Shown: one piece after another, positions 51,701-63,601 of the stretch | Layout: every line of letters starts with the position of its first letter | Numbering within the stretch: position 1 is the stretch's first letter | Source: Isurus oxyrinchus | Lineage: Eukaryota | NCBI GenBank assembly: GCA_026770705.1 | Contig: JANJGN010000242.1 | Location: 496,001 to 560,000, forward strand | DNA: 64,000 bases | Direction of reading: 5' to 3' | Made by a program: the position numbers and the translations under genes | The notes under the pieces: model-generated | The model's database searches: none | The model's input: the letters and a program-made list of their open reading frames with translations, nothing else | Told to the model about the DNA's origin: nothing

Positions 51701-52082
51701 CACGATGACTCCGCTCTCAGTCTCCCCGGTACAACAACCACCGACACCTCAATCTGCCGTCAAATCATCATCAGACAGTAGAAACTGCCCAATTATTCAG
51801 CGGGTTAAAATAAATAAAAAATGTTCAATGTTTCAAAGTCTCTGTCGGTTCAAACTGTTCTTTGCGAGGCCCTGAGCACTGAGTAAATGGTCCCGGGAAC
51901 GAGATGCTTGCTTCATATAAACCGAGAAAAATATCAAAGAAAGAGAACTGAATGGTGGAAATTACAACGAAATTTAACCAGATTCCAGCGATAATAACAT
52001 GAACCCGACAATTCACTATCAGAGCCCGGAGAACTTACATTTAAATTATACAGAGGTATTTGCTCAGGTCTCTCCTATTGTG

Positions 52083-52099
52083 ACTCCCCAAACTAACCA
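52083..52099 (-). CDS. NAR-TCR D (D1c) tggttagtttggggagt
   Basis: 12-RSS at 52055-52082 (heptamer cacaata) and 52100-52127 (heptamer cacagtt). Confidence 0.82.
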
Positions 52100-52493
52100 C
52101 ACAGTTTTACAAGTCAGTATAAAATCCCCTGGGGACTTGGTGAGATCTGGGAATATTAGTTAAACACAGGGGACTGCGGTTTCCGGTTCCAGCTGTTAGA
52201 CCAGGATCACATTTGGTGTTAGGGGTTTGTAACTGGTATCAGCCATTCCCAATCCCCATTCACTGACACCAATCCCAGGAAAGACATCACCATCCGCACG
52301 CACTCGGCACTTGTAAAACTCAAGATGTTAACGGCAATAATCCAATCTCATTATAAACTAGACTGTGGGGCAGACGGTGTGAGGCAGAACTGTGGGTTTT
52401 AACTGCAAATTAACTCCGCTGTTTGATTTGTTTCTGTGATAATCTGCAGTGTGAGAGTTTTTGTATTGCGGGAAGCCAAGGCCCATCAGTGTG

Positions 52494-52974
52494 TGTGTTA
52501 TACAAGTACTGAGCTTTACAGTAATAGGTGGCGGTGTCTTCAACTCTCACATCCCGAATTTCCAGCGAAAAGGTCTTTTCTGCTTCATTTACGGACACAT
52601 CAAATCTCCCTCCGCTGGAGATCTGCTCCCGCTCTGTCCCGGTTTGGGTTTGTCTGAAGAAGTCCCCGCCCGTCAAAGGACGAGCGTAAAAACCACCATA
52701 GAAAACGCAGGTGATGGTGAGAGACTGACACTCCTTCCTGGTCACCGCTGCCGGGGTCTGTACCACTGACTGACTGAAAGAGCCTGGAAATTAAACAGAA
52801 AGAGTTTAATGGGCCATCAGAGCCCAAATACAGAGCAGGGTTTAATCCCAAGACAGTGTCTGTAATAGGGATGGACTCGGGCAGCTTTCTATTGAATCCA
52901 CACAATGTCGGTTTGTTCGATCAGTACTCACGTGGTAAACAGACACACAGGGCGAAAAGAAGGAAGATTCCCAT
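52494..52974 (-). CDS. NAR-TCR V gene (V1c), intact: leader 52932-52974, exon 52494-52783
   Basis: Leader MGIFLLFALCVCLP|gtgagt. ...KECQSLTITCVFYGGFYARPLTGGDFFRQ...EDTATYYCKAQYLYNT; 22-RSS 52456-52493 (heptamer cacactg). Confidence 0.9.
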
Positions 52975-55602
52975 CGTTCTGCTGCCTGGAGCCGAGGGTT
53001 TATATGACGAAGAGCAGGGGACTGCAGCCCTGGACTGCACTGGGAGGCCGGGCCTCAGAGCTGGACTGAAATATTTAGTGGGGTGTTGAGTTTATTTTCA
53101 CAGCGCAGTTCCGCTGATATCATTGATGGGCCGCACCTTTCCCGGGTCGCTGCCTAAGTGGTGTGTGATTATGAGACGGGTTTGTAAAAGGAGGCTGCAA
53201 TTTTCTGCCTCTTCATTTTGATTGTGATCCGGATGTGAAAGCCCCTCCCACAATACTCTGGTGTACAGGGATGGGGGGAGGGGAGCTTTTCATTCTGCCA
53301 GTTGTGCTGCCGCCTTCCTTTCCCCACCGTAATGAACTGGGAGGACGGTACATGTGTTTGTACTGGATGGTGTTTGTTTAAGATGAAATGTGTGCCCAGG
53401 ACACCAGGAGAATCTCGCAGGCCCCGCTCTTATTCCAATATTCCGGAGATTGTTTAACATCGCCCTGAACGGGCTGGTGGGACCTCATTAGACTTCGGAG
53501 CTGAAGGTCGGCGCCTCCGACGCGGCATCTTCGCTGGCCCAGCAACCGGGTGCAGGTTATAATATGAAGTAGCCCAGTGACACTACCAATATCCTGGCAG
53601 ATCTGCACAACACGCGCATAAACTAATTATGGCTGGTTAGCTCAGTTCGCTGGGTTGCGAGCTTGTGGTTTGGAAAAATACAACAGCACTGGTCCTATTC
53701 GCATCCTGGCTGAGGTAGGCTTGTGACCTGCCTGCTCCTGCGGGTGGAAGGCGATGGTAAAACACCACATACAAAGCTCCCGAGAAAACAGCTCAGGTCG
53801 AAGCAACTGCAAAAAATCGGCCATCGGCGGAGCAGACGTGAATTAACACAAAGAACAAACTCCCCTCGTCATTTCACCAAATTCTTCCCACACCTGCCCT
53901 GCAGCGAATTACAGGCAAATGCTGTTCCATGTCAGCCATGTTTGATTCCCAGGTTGCGAACATTCAGAATTTCCGTTTGAACCGACACAGGTTGAAACGA
54001 CACTCGGAAGGACAATGGACTTTGGGAAAACACTGTGCTTGGAGCTTGCTATACAGTGCACAGTCACCACTTTCTGTTCTGAAAAATGTTTTTTTTTATT
54101 CGTTTACGCAATGTTGCCTACGCTGGCAGGGCCAGTATTTATTGCCCATCCCCAGTTGCCCTGGAGAAGCTTCATTCTTGAACCACAGCAGTCCCTGCCG
54201 TGTAAGAGCACCCTCATTGCTCTTCGGGAGGCAGTTCCAGGATTTTGACCCAGTGACAGCAGAGGAACGGCGACATATTTCCAACTCACGATCCTGAGCG
54301 ACTTGGAGGGGATAAGAATTATCTCTTACCCAGCAACAGCAGCACTCGCTCAAATAAGCCCTGCGACAAGGCCGAGGTCAAACACTTCACAAACCTGACT
54401 CCGGCGTTAGGGAAAATGCTGCGCAGCATTGCCGGCAGGGGCGGAAAGACCATTAAAGGACGAAAGGGACTTTGAAACAGCTGCACTTCACAAAAATAAA
54501 GCCCACCGCACGTCACAAAGACACGGCCGATGATTTGGCCAACAGCGGTTAAAATCACAATTTTTTCTGCATGTCCGGCCAATTGGTGACAGTTTTTCTT
54601 TAGTGTAATTAAAATGCGGGTTTGAGCCTACTACAGAGTGTAAAGCACTGTTTAAAATAAACATGTACGTTTTTAATATAAATAGGATATGGTCTGAACA
54701 ACATTAACTAAGACAGGGCCTAGTGTGATATAAATAAGTAGAGGGTCTAATCCAGTAATCACTGAGGCGAGGCCTGGAGTACAACAGCTAGAAATGGCGT
54801 CGATTGCAACAAGAACATGGTGTAGAGCAGCCGGAACAAAGACAGAACCCAATGAAATCTAAATAGAGTCAAGAGTAGTGTTTTAAGTTCCTCCTTCCGG
54901 TTCACCTCTTGATTTTCAATTGTCTTTGGAAAGTTCTCTAAGTGTTCCGCAGTGAAGACAGACACAAAATACCTCTACAACGGCTCTGCGATTTCCTTGC
55001 CTTCTATTATCAATTCCTGAAGTACACTACCGAGAAGACTAACACGAGCTTTAATCACTATTTCATTCTTTAAATATCTGTAGGAACTCTTACTCCCTGA
55101 CTTTTGAAATATTCTACCTTAGTCTTTCAGGAAGAAATGGCGAAGTTTCAGGTTCTGAACAAATTTCAGAATGAAGGGGTTGTGAATTGCCCTCGATATC
55201 ACTGCACTGTGGTTACTCACCATCCTCCGTCAATTCTAAGATATAAACTGAGTATTGGAGCCCGGTGATAGGGTGCATTTTTCCACATGTCCCAGTCTTG
55301 GCGTGTGCCGTTTTACATGAATAAAACGAAACGGTTCCCTTTATATTGATGCGGCCCTTCAATTCGACATCGCCGTTTGCTGCTGTGCTGGACGCTGTCG
55401 GAATCACACACACAGTCGCAGACACACACAGACACACCCACACATAACTTTAGCTATCTACCCTCTGCTGGACACTGTCATAATCTCTCTCCCTCTCTCT
55501 CACAAACACACACACACTACACACACACACAAAACATACACACACACACACCTTAAGCACTCTAACCATTGCGGAACACTGTCATAATCTCTCTCTCTCA
55601 CA

Positions 55603-55641
<39 letters not shown>

Positions 55642-56064
55642 TTAGACAATCTAGCTTCTGATGGACACTGCTGGAATCACACACACAAACACACACACGC
55701 ACACATCTTAAGCAACCTAACCATTGCTGGACACTGTCATAATCACACACACCCACTCACACAAACACACACACACACACACACACACACATTTAGACAA
55801 TCTACCTTCTGCCGGACACTGCCGGAAATTCATAGACAGACAGACACACAAACACACACACACACACGCACACACACACACACACCTTTAGCAATCTACC
55901 CTCTCTTGGGCACTGCCGCAATCATATACAAACACACACACACACACATACACACACAAACTTTTAGGAATCCACCGTCTGCTGGACACTGTGATAATCA
56001 CACACACACACACACAAACGCACACACTTTAAGCAATCTACCCTCTGCTGTCCAGTGTTGTAAT

Positions 56065-56095
<31 letters not shown>

Positions 56096-56239
56096 TTTGC
56101 AATCTACCCTCTGATGGACACTGCGGGAATCACACACACACAAACACACACCTTTTGCAATCTACCCTCTGAAGGACACTGCCGCAAACACATACACACA
56201 CACTCACAAACTTTTAGCTCTTCTGGACAGTGTGATAAT

Positions 56240-56270
<31 letters not shown>

Positions 56271-57895
56271 TAAGCAATCTACCCTCTACTGTAGAGTGTC
56301 ATAATCTAACACACACACTTTTAACAATTCACCTTCTGCTGGACACTGCCGGAATCACACTCCTTAACCGTTCTGCTTTTTCTTCAGCGAAGTGTGATGC
56401 GGTGGCGTAGGGGCCTTGTCACTGTACCAGTCACCCAGGGTACTGTCCCGGGTTCAAATCCCACTATGGCACTTGAATTTAATAGCTATCCCGAATTATC
56501 TTCAGCGGGAAACCGCTGTTAACTGTCATGAAAAAACCCATCTGACTCGCAAATGGCTTGTTCTGCCGGTGACTCTAAACACGCAGCGAGTTAGAAATGC
56601 TGACTCTCACTTGGCAGGGCTCTGTCAGCAGCAGCGAGTCTACTTATCAACTTTTATGCTCCCATCCAAATAATTTTGGAGTATAAAAACAGATAATTAT
56701 GGCCATACTCGGCAAGTCGGTAAATATCGGTGCAGAACGAATCAGAACTAAGGATTCATTTCCGCGACATTTCATCTGAACTCAGTTTGAGGAGTCGCAG
56801 GTTTCTGGTGAAAGGTCACAGACTGGAAACTTCGTTCTCTTTCTGGTTGTACTTCCAGCATTTTGTGTTTGTGTTTCGAATTTGTTGCGAGACACAAGAG
56901 AGGAGGGGGAAATATCACCCGCAGGACAATCGCAGGCGTATTCTTTTCGATAACTATTTGGTTAAAATTTGGGAGGAGAATAAATATGCCATATTGCGGA
57001 CACTTCAGTTTAAGCACGGATTATATTAATTATATTAATGTTCTTTAAGAATCATCACACAACGGTACAAAATAAACACTCAGGATCTCTCCCGGTTCCC
57101 CGGTACACCATCAGACAATGAAGATCCCCACGTAGCAAATCATTTCACCTTATATCTTTAATTTCACGTTCCCTTTATTTCACGTTTTCTTTGTGCTGTT
57201 TGCGCTTTTTTCAATCGTGGGAACTTGCCTTAAACTCTCTGAATTGTCGGTTGGGCTCAGCCTGTTCACTTTCCGCAGTGGTTTTACTGTTACTTACTGG
57301 GAACTGCCTCTTCCGGCTCTCTGACAATTTGTACTCTTTCCGCTCATTAACTGACCCTCTCCTGGGTTCACTGGGTGGAGTTTTTCTCTCAGTTTTACAT
57401 TATCGAGGAAGAGGAATGTGGAGGTGAAATGGGCCATTAAGCCTGTGAATATCATCAATTCCGGCCAAACACAACCAGGAATCTTATTGACCATTTACAT
57501 CCAACTCCTTGTGTTTTTCTGTTCCGTTCTCCCTCCTGCATTTTCAAGTGTTCCACTAAATATATCAATACTATCTCCAACCTCTCCTCGTAGCAGCAAG
57601 TTCCACATTCTGACCTGCCTTTGTTTCAATTCATTTGTCTCAAATGTTTTATTTGTTCTGTTAGGTACTGCCATATGTTGACGGCTATTGTTTTGGATAA
57701 TTGTCATGGGTCACCTTCAGATTTATATTCAAGCTTGATGAATTGAATTTAATTTGAACTGAATTGCATTATAGACCCACTTACCCGCAGCTGGAGTTAT
57801 TCGTTTACTGACATGACCAGTGCCCCATTGCTACTCCAATTTTCCGGTTCACGGTGCCTGAGCCTCCACTAAATGCTTTCTTCCCTGTCCCTCAG

Positions 57896-58211
57896 GCAGT
57901 GTCGTTGAATCCTCGTTCCTTGAAAAGCCGGAGCCAGAGGTGACCGTTCAGCAGGGAGGTACGGTGACCATGAGCTGCTCCTACACAGAGGAAGAGAGGG
58001 CCTGCCTGTTCTCGTACCGGGAAGCCCTGCCCTGGGGCCCCTAGTACATCCTGATACACTGCACCGACGGCTTCAGCGACAGCATCGCATTCGCCAGGCG
58101 CCGCTTCGCCTCGTCTCTGATTCGAACCTACAGAGTTTTCAGGTTAACGGTTTCGCAGGTGACAGCTGAGGATCAAAGAGAATACTTCTGCGTCTTAACC
58201 TCGCGCACACA
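57896..58211 (+). pseudogene. TCR alpha/delta-type V pseudogene
   Basis: After acceptor ccctcag: SVVESSFLEKPEPEVTVQQGGTVTMSCSYTEEERACLFSYREALPWGP*YILIHCTDGFSDSIAFARRRFASSLIRTYRVFRLTVSQVTAEDQREYFCVLTSR. In-frame TAG and core Trp replaced by Ser. RSS catactg-23-acataaact at 58212-58250; no leader seen. Confidence 0.8.
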
Positions 58212-58359
58212 CATACTGGGGCCTTGAGCGCAACCACCTGTACATAAACTCCGGCTGCTCCCAGGTCGTGAGAGACTGGGTCTCCCGGCATTGCGGGGTC
58301 CAGTGTCCCACTGTCAGAATGCGGGTGACGGAGAAGCGTGACATCGATACGTGGAGAGA

Positions 58360-59280
58360 CAAGCAGACAGATAGATAGGCAGATAGATAGGTACATAGAT
58401 CGACAGATCGATAGATAAATAGATAGGTAGATAGAGACAGACAGACATATAGATAGACCAAATAAATAGACAGAGAGACATTATATATGTATATATATAT
58501 ATACATAGATAGATGGATAGATAGATAGGTAGATAGATAGACAGACAGATAGATTGACAGACAGGCAGACAGAAACAGTTAGTTACATAGACAGGCAGAC
58601 AGATAGATAGGTAGACAGATAAACAGACAGACATGCAGATAGATAATCNNNNNNNNNNNNNNNNNNNNNNNNNNNNNNNNNNNNNNNNNNNNNNNNNNNN
58701 NNNNNNNNNNNNNNNNNNNNNNNNNNNNNNNNNNNNNNNNNNNNNNNNNNNNNNNNNNNNNNNNNNNNNNNNNNNNNNNNNNNNNNNNNNNNNNNNNNNN
58801 NNNNNNNNNNNNNNNNNNNNNNNNNNNNNNNNNNNNNNNNNNNNNNNNNNNNNNNNNNNNNNNNNNNNNNNNNNNNNNNNNNNNNNNNNNNNNNNNNNNN
58901 NNNNNNNNNNNNNNNNNNNNNNNNNNNNNNNNNNNNNNNNNNNNNNNNNNNNNNNNNNNNNNNNNNNNNNNNNNNNNNNNNNNNNNNNNNNNNNNNNNNN
59001 NNNNNNNNNNNNNNNNNNNNNNNNNNNNNNNNNNNNNNNNNNNNNNNNNNNNNNNNNNNNNNNNNNNTTGACAGACAGGCAGACAGAAACAGTTAATTAC
59101 ATAGACAGGCAGACAGATAGATAGGTAAACAGATAAACAGACAGACATGCAGCTAGATAGTCAGAGTGATAGATAGAGCGATAGATAATTAGATAGATAG
59201 GTAAATAGATAGATAGGTAGAAGCATAGATAGATAGATAGATAGATGCATAAATAGATAGATATATAGATAGACTTGCTG
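58360..59280 (+). repeat. (GATA/GACA)n microsatellite spanning an assembly gap (N 58649-59067)
   Basis: Direct reading; 419 N. Confidence 0.95.
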
Positions 59281-60204
59281 ACAGGTAGGTACATTAAAAG
59301 ACGAAACAGTGATGTGTTAGCTGAACCAAGACGGACACACAGGTGATGGACAGAGATATAGGCAGAAGGATACATCACCTGGTCAACAGACAGAGAGATA
59401 CATCCATAAGCGCGGTGACCACATGTGCAACTGGATGTGCCACTAGACTTTCACCGCTGCTTCCCGTACACCAAGCGGTTCCCGTAGACAGAACCTACCG
59501 TAGATTTCTGATGCTTTTGGGATTATTTCGGCCTCAATCCCCGGTCACATGGTCACATTCCCGCCGATTAATGCCAGTTGACTCCGTCCTTTCCCGAAAA
59601 GGGCAGTGCTGGTGTGGGGTGTGGGAGGGTGGAGTTGGGAGGGTGGAGGTGGTAGGGGGGACATGGGAGAATCAGAAGGGTGAAAATGGGCGGAGAGGAT
59701 GGAATAGCAGCACCCGTTAGCTGAGCCCGTGCAACGTCGTTGGGGCGTTCATAATGTGCGCGAATGGAGGAGATTCCGGCGCAACTTTTGGCACAATCCT
59801 CACCTTCCCCCACCCAACCACCCCCCCCCCCCCCCACCCCCCCGCCACCATCACAGCTCGGCGCAGGCTCTCAACAGGACCGAAATGTTCTTGTAGTACG
59901 CAATTACGAGCGGTAGGTGGAGATGTTGCCCACAGATTTAACTCTCCTCGAGGCAGAGCAAATAAATTAATTGAGCAAAGGTCAGGGGCAAAATTGAAAA
60001 GTAGCCACTTAAAGGGAAACTGCAAAAACAAAAGCCAAAACCTAAAGGTAACTTACGACAGTCAAACTAAACGTAATTCAGAGAGTCAATAAAACACTCC
60101 AGTAACATTTTACATGTTCATAACCCTTCATGACAGTTCATAAGTGAATGATCATTGTCAGTTGTGTAACAATGAAATACTTGGCACCTTATAAGCAAAT
60201 ATAA

Positions 60205-60670
60205 ATCATGCTCTTGCAAAGACTGGATCAGCTCTTGCAAAGGTTGGATCCGCACTGGCAAAGGCCTTATCCGCTGCTGCAAACACTTGATCCGCTCATG
60301 CAAAGGCTGATTCCGGTCTTGCAAAGACTGGATCCGCTTTTCCAAAACCTGGATCCGCTCTTGCGAAAGGCTGGACCCGCTATTGCAAAGGCTGGATCCG
60401 CTTTTCCAAAAGAGTGGATCCGCTTTTGCAAAATACTGGATCCGCTCTTCCAAAGACTGGATCCACTTTTCCAAAAGAGTGGATCCCCTCTGGCAAAAGA
60501 CTGGATCCGCTCTTGCAAAAGTCTGGATCCGCTCCTGCAAAAGACTGGATGCGGTCTCGCTGAAGACTGGATCTCCTCTTGCAAAAGACTGGAACCGCTT
60601 TTTCAAAAGACTCGATCCGCTCTTGAAAAAGACTGGACCCGCACTTGCAAACACAGGGACCGCTTTTGTA
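60205..60670 (+). repeat. ~21-22 bp minisatellite (ctggatccgctcttgcaaaga)n
   Basis: About 20 imperfect tandem units. Confidence 0.92.
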
Positions 60671-60850
60671 GAGCCTGCAGGTGAATTGCAAATGTTGGCT
60701 CTTCGTTGCCAAGCCCGGCTCCGCTCTTGCGGACACTCGGTATCTCACTGCGGCACAAGAGGAATGAATGCAAAGGACAGATTTCCGGATTGCAAACTCT
60801 GGGTGTTGTCTCGCAAATTCCGGAATCGTCGCAATATGTCTGTTTGTATG

Positions 60851-60886
<36 letters not shown>

Positions 60887-61629
60887 GATTTGTTTTCACT
60901 TTGTGCAATTGCCATGTTATCTTGCTGCAGCCTCTTGGTTTATTGTCCCCGGGGGCTGGAGCGTGAGTTTCAAATCATTTCCATGTGCTCACCTACAAAG
61001 CGGCTGGATGGTGGAGACTCGGGCCGGGGCAGCACGATCTCACACGACCTCTTTCTTGTGTTGTCTCTCGCTGGACCCACACCAGCAGCTTGAGATCGCT
61101 CTCAGGTAGTCCTTCAAAGTGATAGGGGCATTAATTCTCTCCTCATTTCTACGTGAGTCACTTTATTTGTGTAGAAGCCTCTCCTGCTTCGACGCTGCCG
61201 TCGCTTTTCATTGTTTGGCTGGGTTGCTGGTTGGGGGGGGGGGGGGTTGGGTTGGTAGCACAATTTGCAAAGTCAGTCGTGCCTGTCGTCCGGAGGATCA
61301 GCCGAATGATCTGAGGACATGGGTTCATCTCCCACCCCGCTGCACTGTAGAATTTCAATTCAATTGGAATTTAGTTGGAATTGAAGTGACCATGAAACTA
61401 CTACCATTACCACCGATTGTCTCAAAAGCCCCTCTGCTTCCCTATGCCTCCTTTAGGGAAGGAAATCTGCCGTCCTTACCCGGCCCGGCCTACATGTGAC
61501 TCCAGACCTCCCACAGACTATGCGGTTGTTTCTTAACTGCCCCAACACGCGAAGTAGCCAAGCACAGCCAATCAGTTCAAGTGCAATTAGGCACGGGTAA
61601 GAAATGCTGCCCTTGTCAGCGATAAGATC

Positions 61630-62220
61630 ATAACAGACTTGGAGGTAGATGCAAACCATTCGGCCCATCAAGTCTGCTCCGCCATTCAATGAGAACCTGA
61701 CTGTTCTGATAATCCTCAACTGCACTTTCCTGCCTTTTCCCCGGAATACTTGATTCTCTTACTGATTAAGAAAAAACTGAGTATCTCAACCGTGAATATA
61801 TTTAACCACCTCTACGGGCCTCTGCAGTAAATAATTCCTCAGTTTCGCTAACTTCCGGGGGAAGAAATTCCTCCTCATCTCTGTTTTATGTGGACCATTC
61901 CTTACTCTGAGATGATGCCCTCTGGTCTTAGACTCTCGCACAAGGAGAAACAGCCTCTCAGCATCTACCATGTCAAGCCCCCTAAGAACCTTATATCTTT
62001 CAGTAAATTCGCCTCTCATTCTTCTAATCTCCAATGAGTACCGTCCCAACCTACTTAACCTCTCCTCATAAGAAAATCCCTCCGTCCCCAGAGTCAACCA
62101 AGTGAAGCTTCGCTGGATTGTCTCCAGCACCAATGCATCTGCACTTTGATAAGGGGACAAAAACTGTTCCCGGTGTTCCAGGTGTAGTCTAACTAGTGCC
62201 TTGCACAGTTTTAGCAACAC
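61630..62220 (-). mobile_element. CR1-type LINE ORF2 3' fragment
   Basis: LLKLCKALVRLHLEH...FSYEERLSRLGRYSLEIRRMRG...TRGH...EMRRNFF. Confidence 0.85.
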
Positions 62221-62381
62221 TTCCTTATTTTAGTACTCTACTGGCAGGAGTGGGACAGACTATCCCAGTGTGACTGGGAGCACCAGTTAGTGTATAATCC
62301 CACTGAGTTTAGATGATTAAATATTGGAAATCTCTTCTGCCCTTCCACTTCTCACACCATTTGTCCTGATTGGTCACCCAG

Positions 62382-62685
62382 GTGCAGGTTGCGCCCAATC
62401 CCAACTCCAACTGGAGCAGACGCCAGCCAGTGAGCTTCTGAGGGAAGGCGGAAGAGCTGTCCTGCTCTGCAGGCTGCTCGGCAACAGGAGGGCGCATACG
62501 TTTCGCTGGCACCGGCGGAGACAGGCGCAGGCGCCTGAATGGGTTTACAGCTCCGGAGTTCATTACGGGAAAGGCTTCGAAGACAGGTTCAGAGCCTGGC
62601 TGTACCGGGAACAGAACCTGCTGGCATTGCAGCTTCTCGGCGCTGAGTTTCAGGAGGGGGCCATCTACTACTGCGCCTCGTCTGA
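62382..62685 (+). CDS. Antigen-receptor (probably TCR alpha/delta-type) V exon, open frame, leader not identified
   Basis: AGCAQSQLQLEQTPASELLREGGRAVLLCRLLGNRRAHTFRWHRRRQAQAPEWVYSSGVHYGKGFEDRFRAWLYREQNLLALQLLGAEFQEGAIYYCASS. Heptamer cacagtg 62686-62692, 23 nt, weak nonamer gcaagaaaa. A LINE lies ~160 bp upstream; an alternative in-phase acceptor is at 62388. Confidence 0.8.
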
Positions 62686-62769
62686 CACAGTGCTCCACGC
62701 ACAATGCCTCCTGCAGCAAGAAAACAGCTGGCAGGACAGAGAATGCTTCGACTCAACAGGAATGAAGTC

Positions 62770-63140
62770 GGAGACAGAGAGGTAGAGAGATAGAAAGTCA
62801 TAGGGACAGGCATCGTGAGGTAAGAGAGGATGAGACAAAGGCAAGCATGGAACTGAGAAAGAGAGAGAGCGAGAGAGAGAGAAAGCAGAATGTGAAAGAT
62901 ATAGGGCCAGAGAGGAAGAGAGACAGAGACAAACTTGAGAGAGAGAACGAGATAAAAAGAGGGAGAGAGAGAAAGAGAGAGGGAAAGAAAGTGAAAGGTT
63001 TAGGGACAGAGAGGAAGGGAGACACAGACAAACAGGAGGCAGAGAGAGTGAAAGGAAGTGAAAGATATAGGAAGATACATCTTTAGTAAGGGAGGAAGAG
63101 AGACAGAGACAAGAATGAGAGAGAGAGAGAAATTGAAAGA
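62770..63140 (+). repeat. GA-rich low-complexity tract
   Basis: Purine-rich degenerate (GA)n. Confidence 0.85.
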
Positions 63141-63449
63141 TATGATCACTGGTGGAACTTGCAGGAGTCTCTGAGCTGCCCAGTTCCGAAGTCTCGCCAC
63201 AACCTGAATGAAGAAATATCTTCTCAGCAGATCCAAAACGACCCAGATTTATCCTGGAGAATTAACCCTGCATTCTAGAAAATCTAGCCAAGGGTGGAGG
63301 GCAGGGGGTGGGGGGGGGAGGAGGGTGTGTAATAATAATAATAAATAAAACCTTTCAGTGTCTACCTTCTCGAGCCTGTCCAGGAGTGGGCGCTACAAGG
63401 TAGACACTGCGTGGTTTTATTTGTGATCATTATTAGTTGGGCTGGAAGT

Positions 63450-63493
63450 CCAATCATTGTGCTTCCGGGTTCTGCTCTGCTCCTCAGTATAAA
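63450..63493 (+). promoter_or_regulatory. Putative promoter (CCAAT, ETS-like cttccgg, TATAAA)
   Basis: Motifs are clustered directly upstream of a leader-like exon. Confidence 0.45.
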
Positions 63494-63510
63494 GAGGGGC
63501 GCCCTTGTTT

Positions 63511-63601
63511 ATGTCACTATTGTACCTTTTGCACATAGAGAAGGTGCAGAAGGATGTCCGAATAGGATTCGTCATCTTCAGTCTAACTGAGATCTTCTCA
63601 G
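63511..63601 (+). CDS. Probable leader exon of the next V gene (V exon outside window)
   Basis: MSLLYLLHIEKVQKDVRIGFVIFSLTEIFS(G)|gtgagt; phase-1 donor typical of V leaders. Confidence 0.55.

Larger units (their letters stand above)
46726..57690. repeat. Partial, more diverged third copy of the cassette unit
   Basis: 46730-52980 parallels 2490-8380. 53000-57690 parallels the V promoter, spacer and post-J blocks, and ends abruptly at ~57690. Confidence 0.85.

Noticed and set aside
58554-59160. Similar sequence on both sides of the N gap, and X-containing ORFs
   Set aside because: Probably an unmerged contig overlap or satellite unit; an assembly feature rather than biology.
60118-61093. Long ORFs on both strands with heptad LQRLDPL repeats
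   Set aside because: By-product of a 21-bp minisatellite lacking stops; 22-bp units shift the frame and no splice or promoter evidence was seen.
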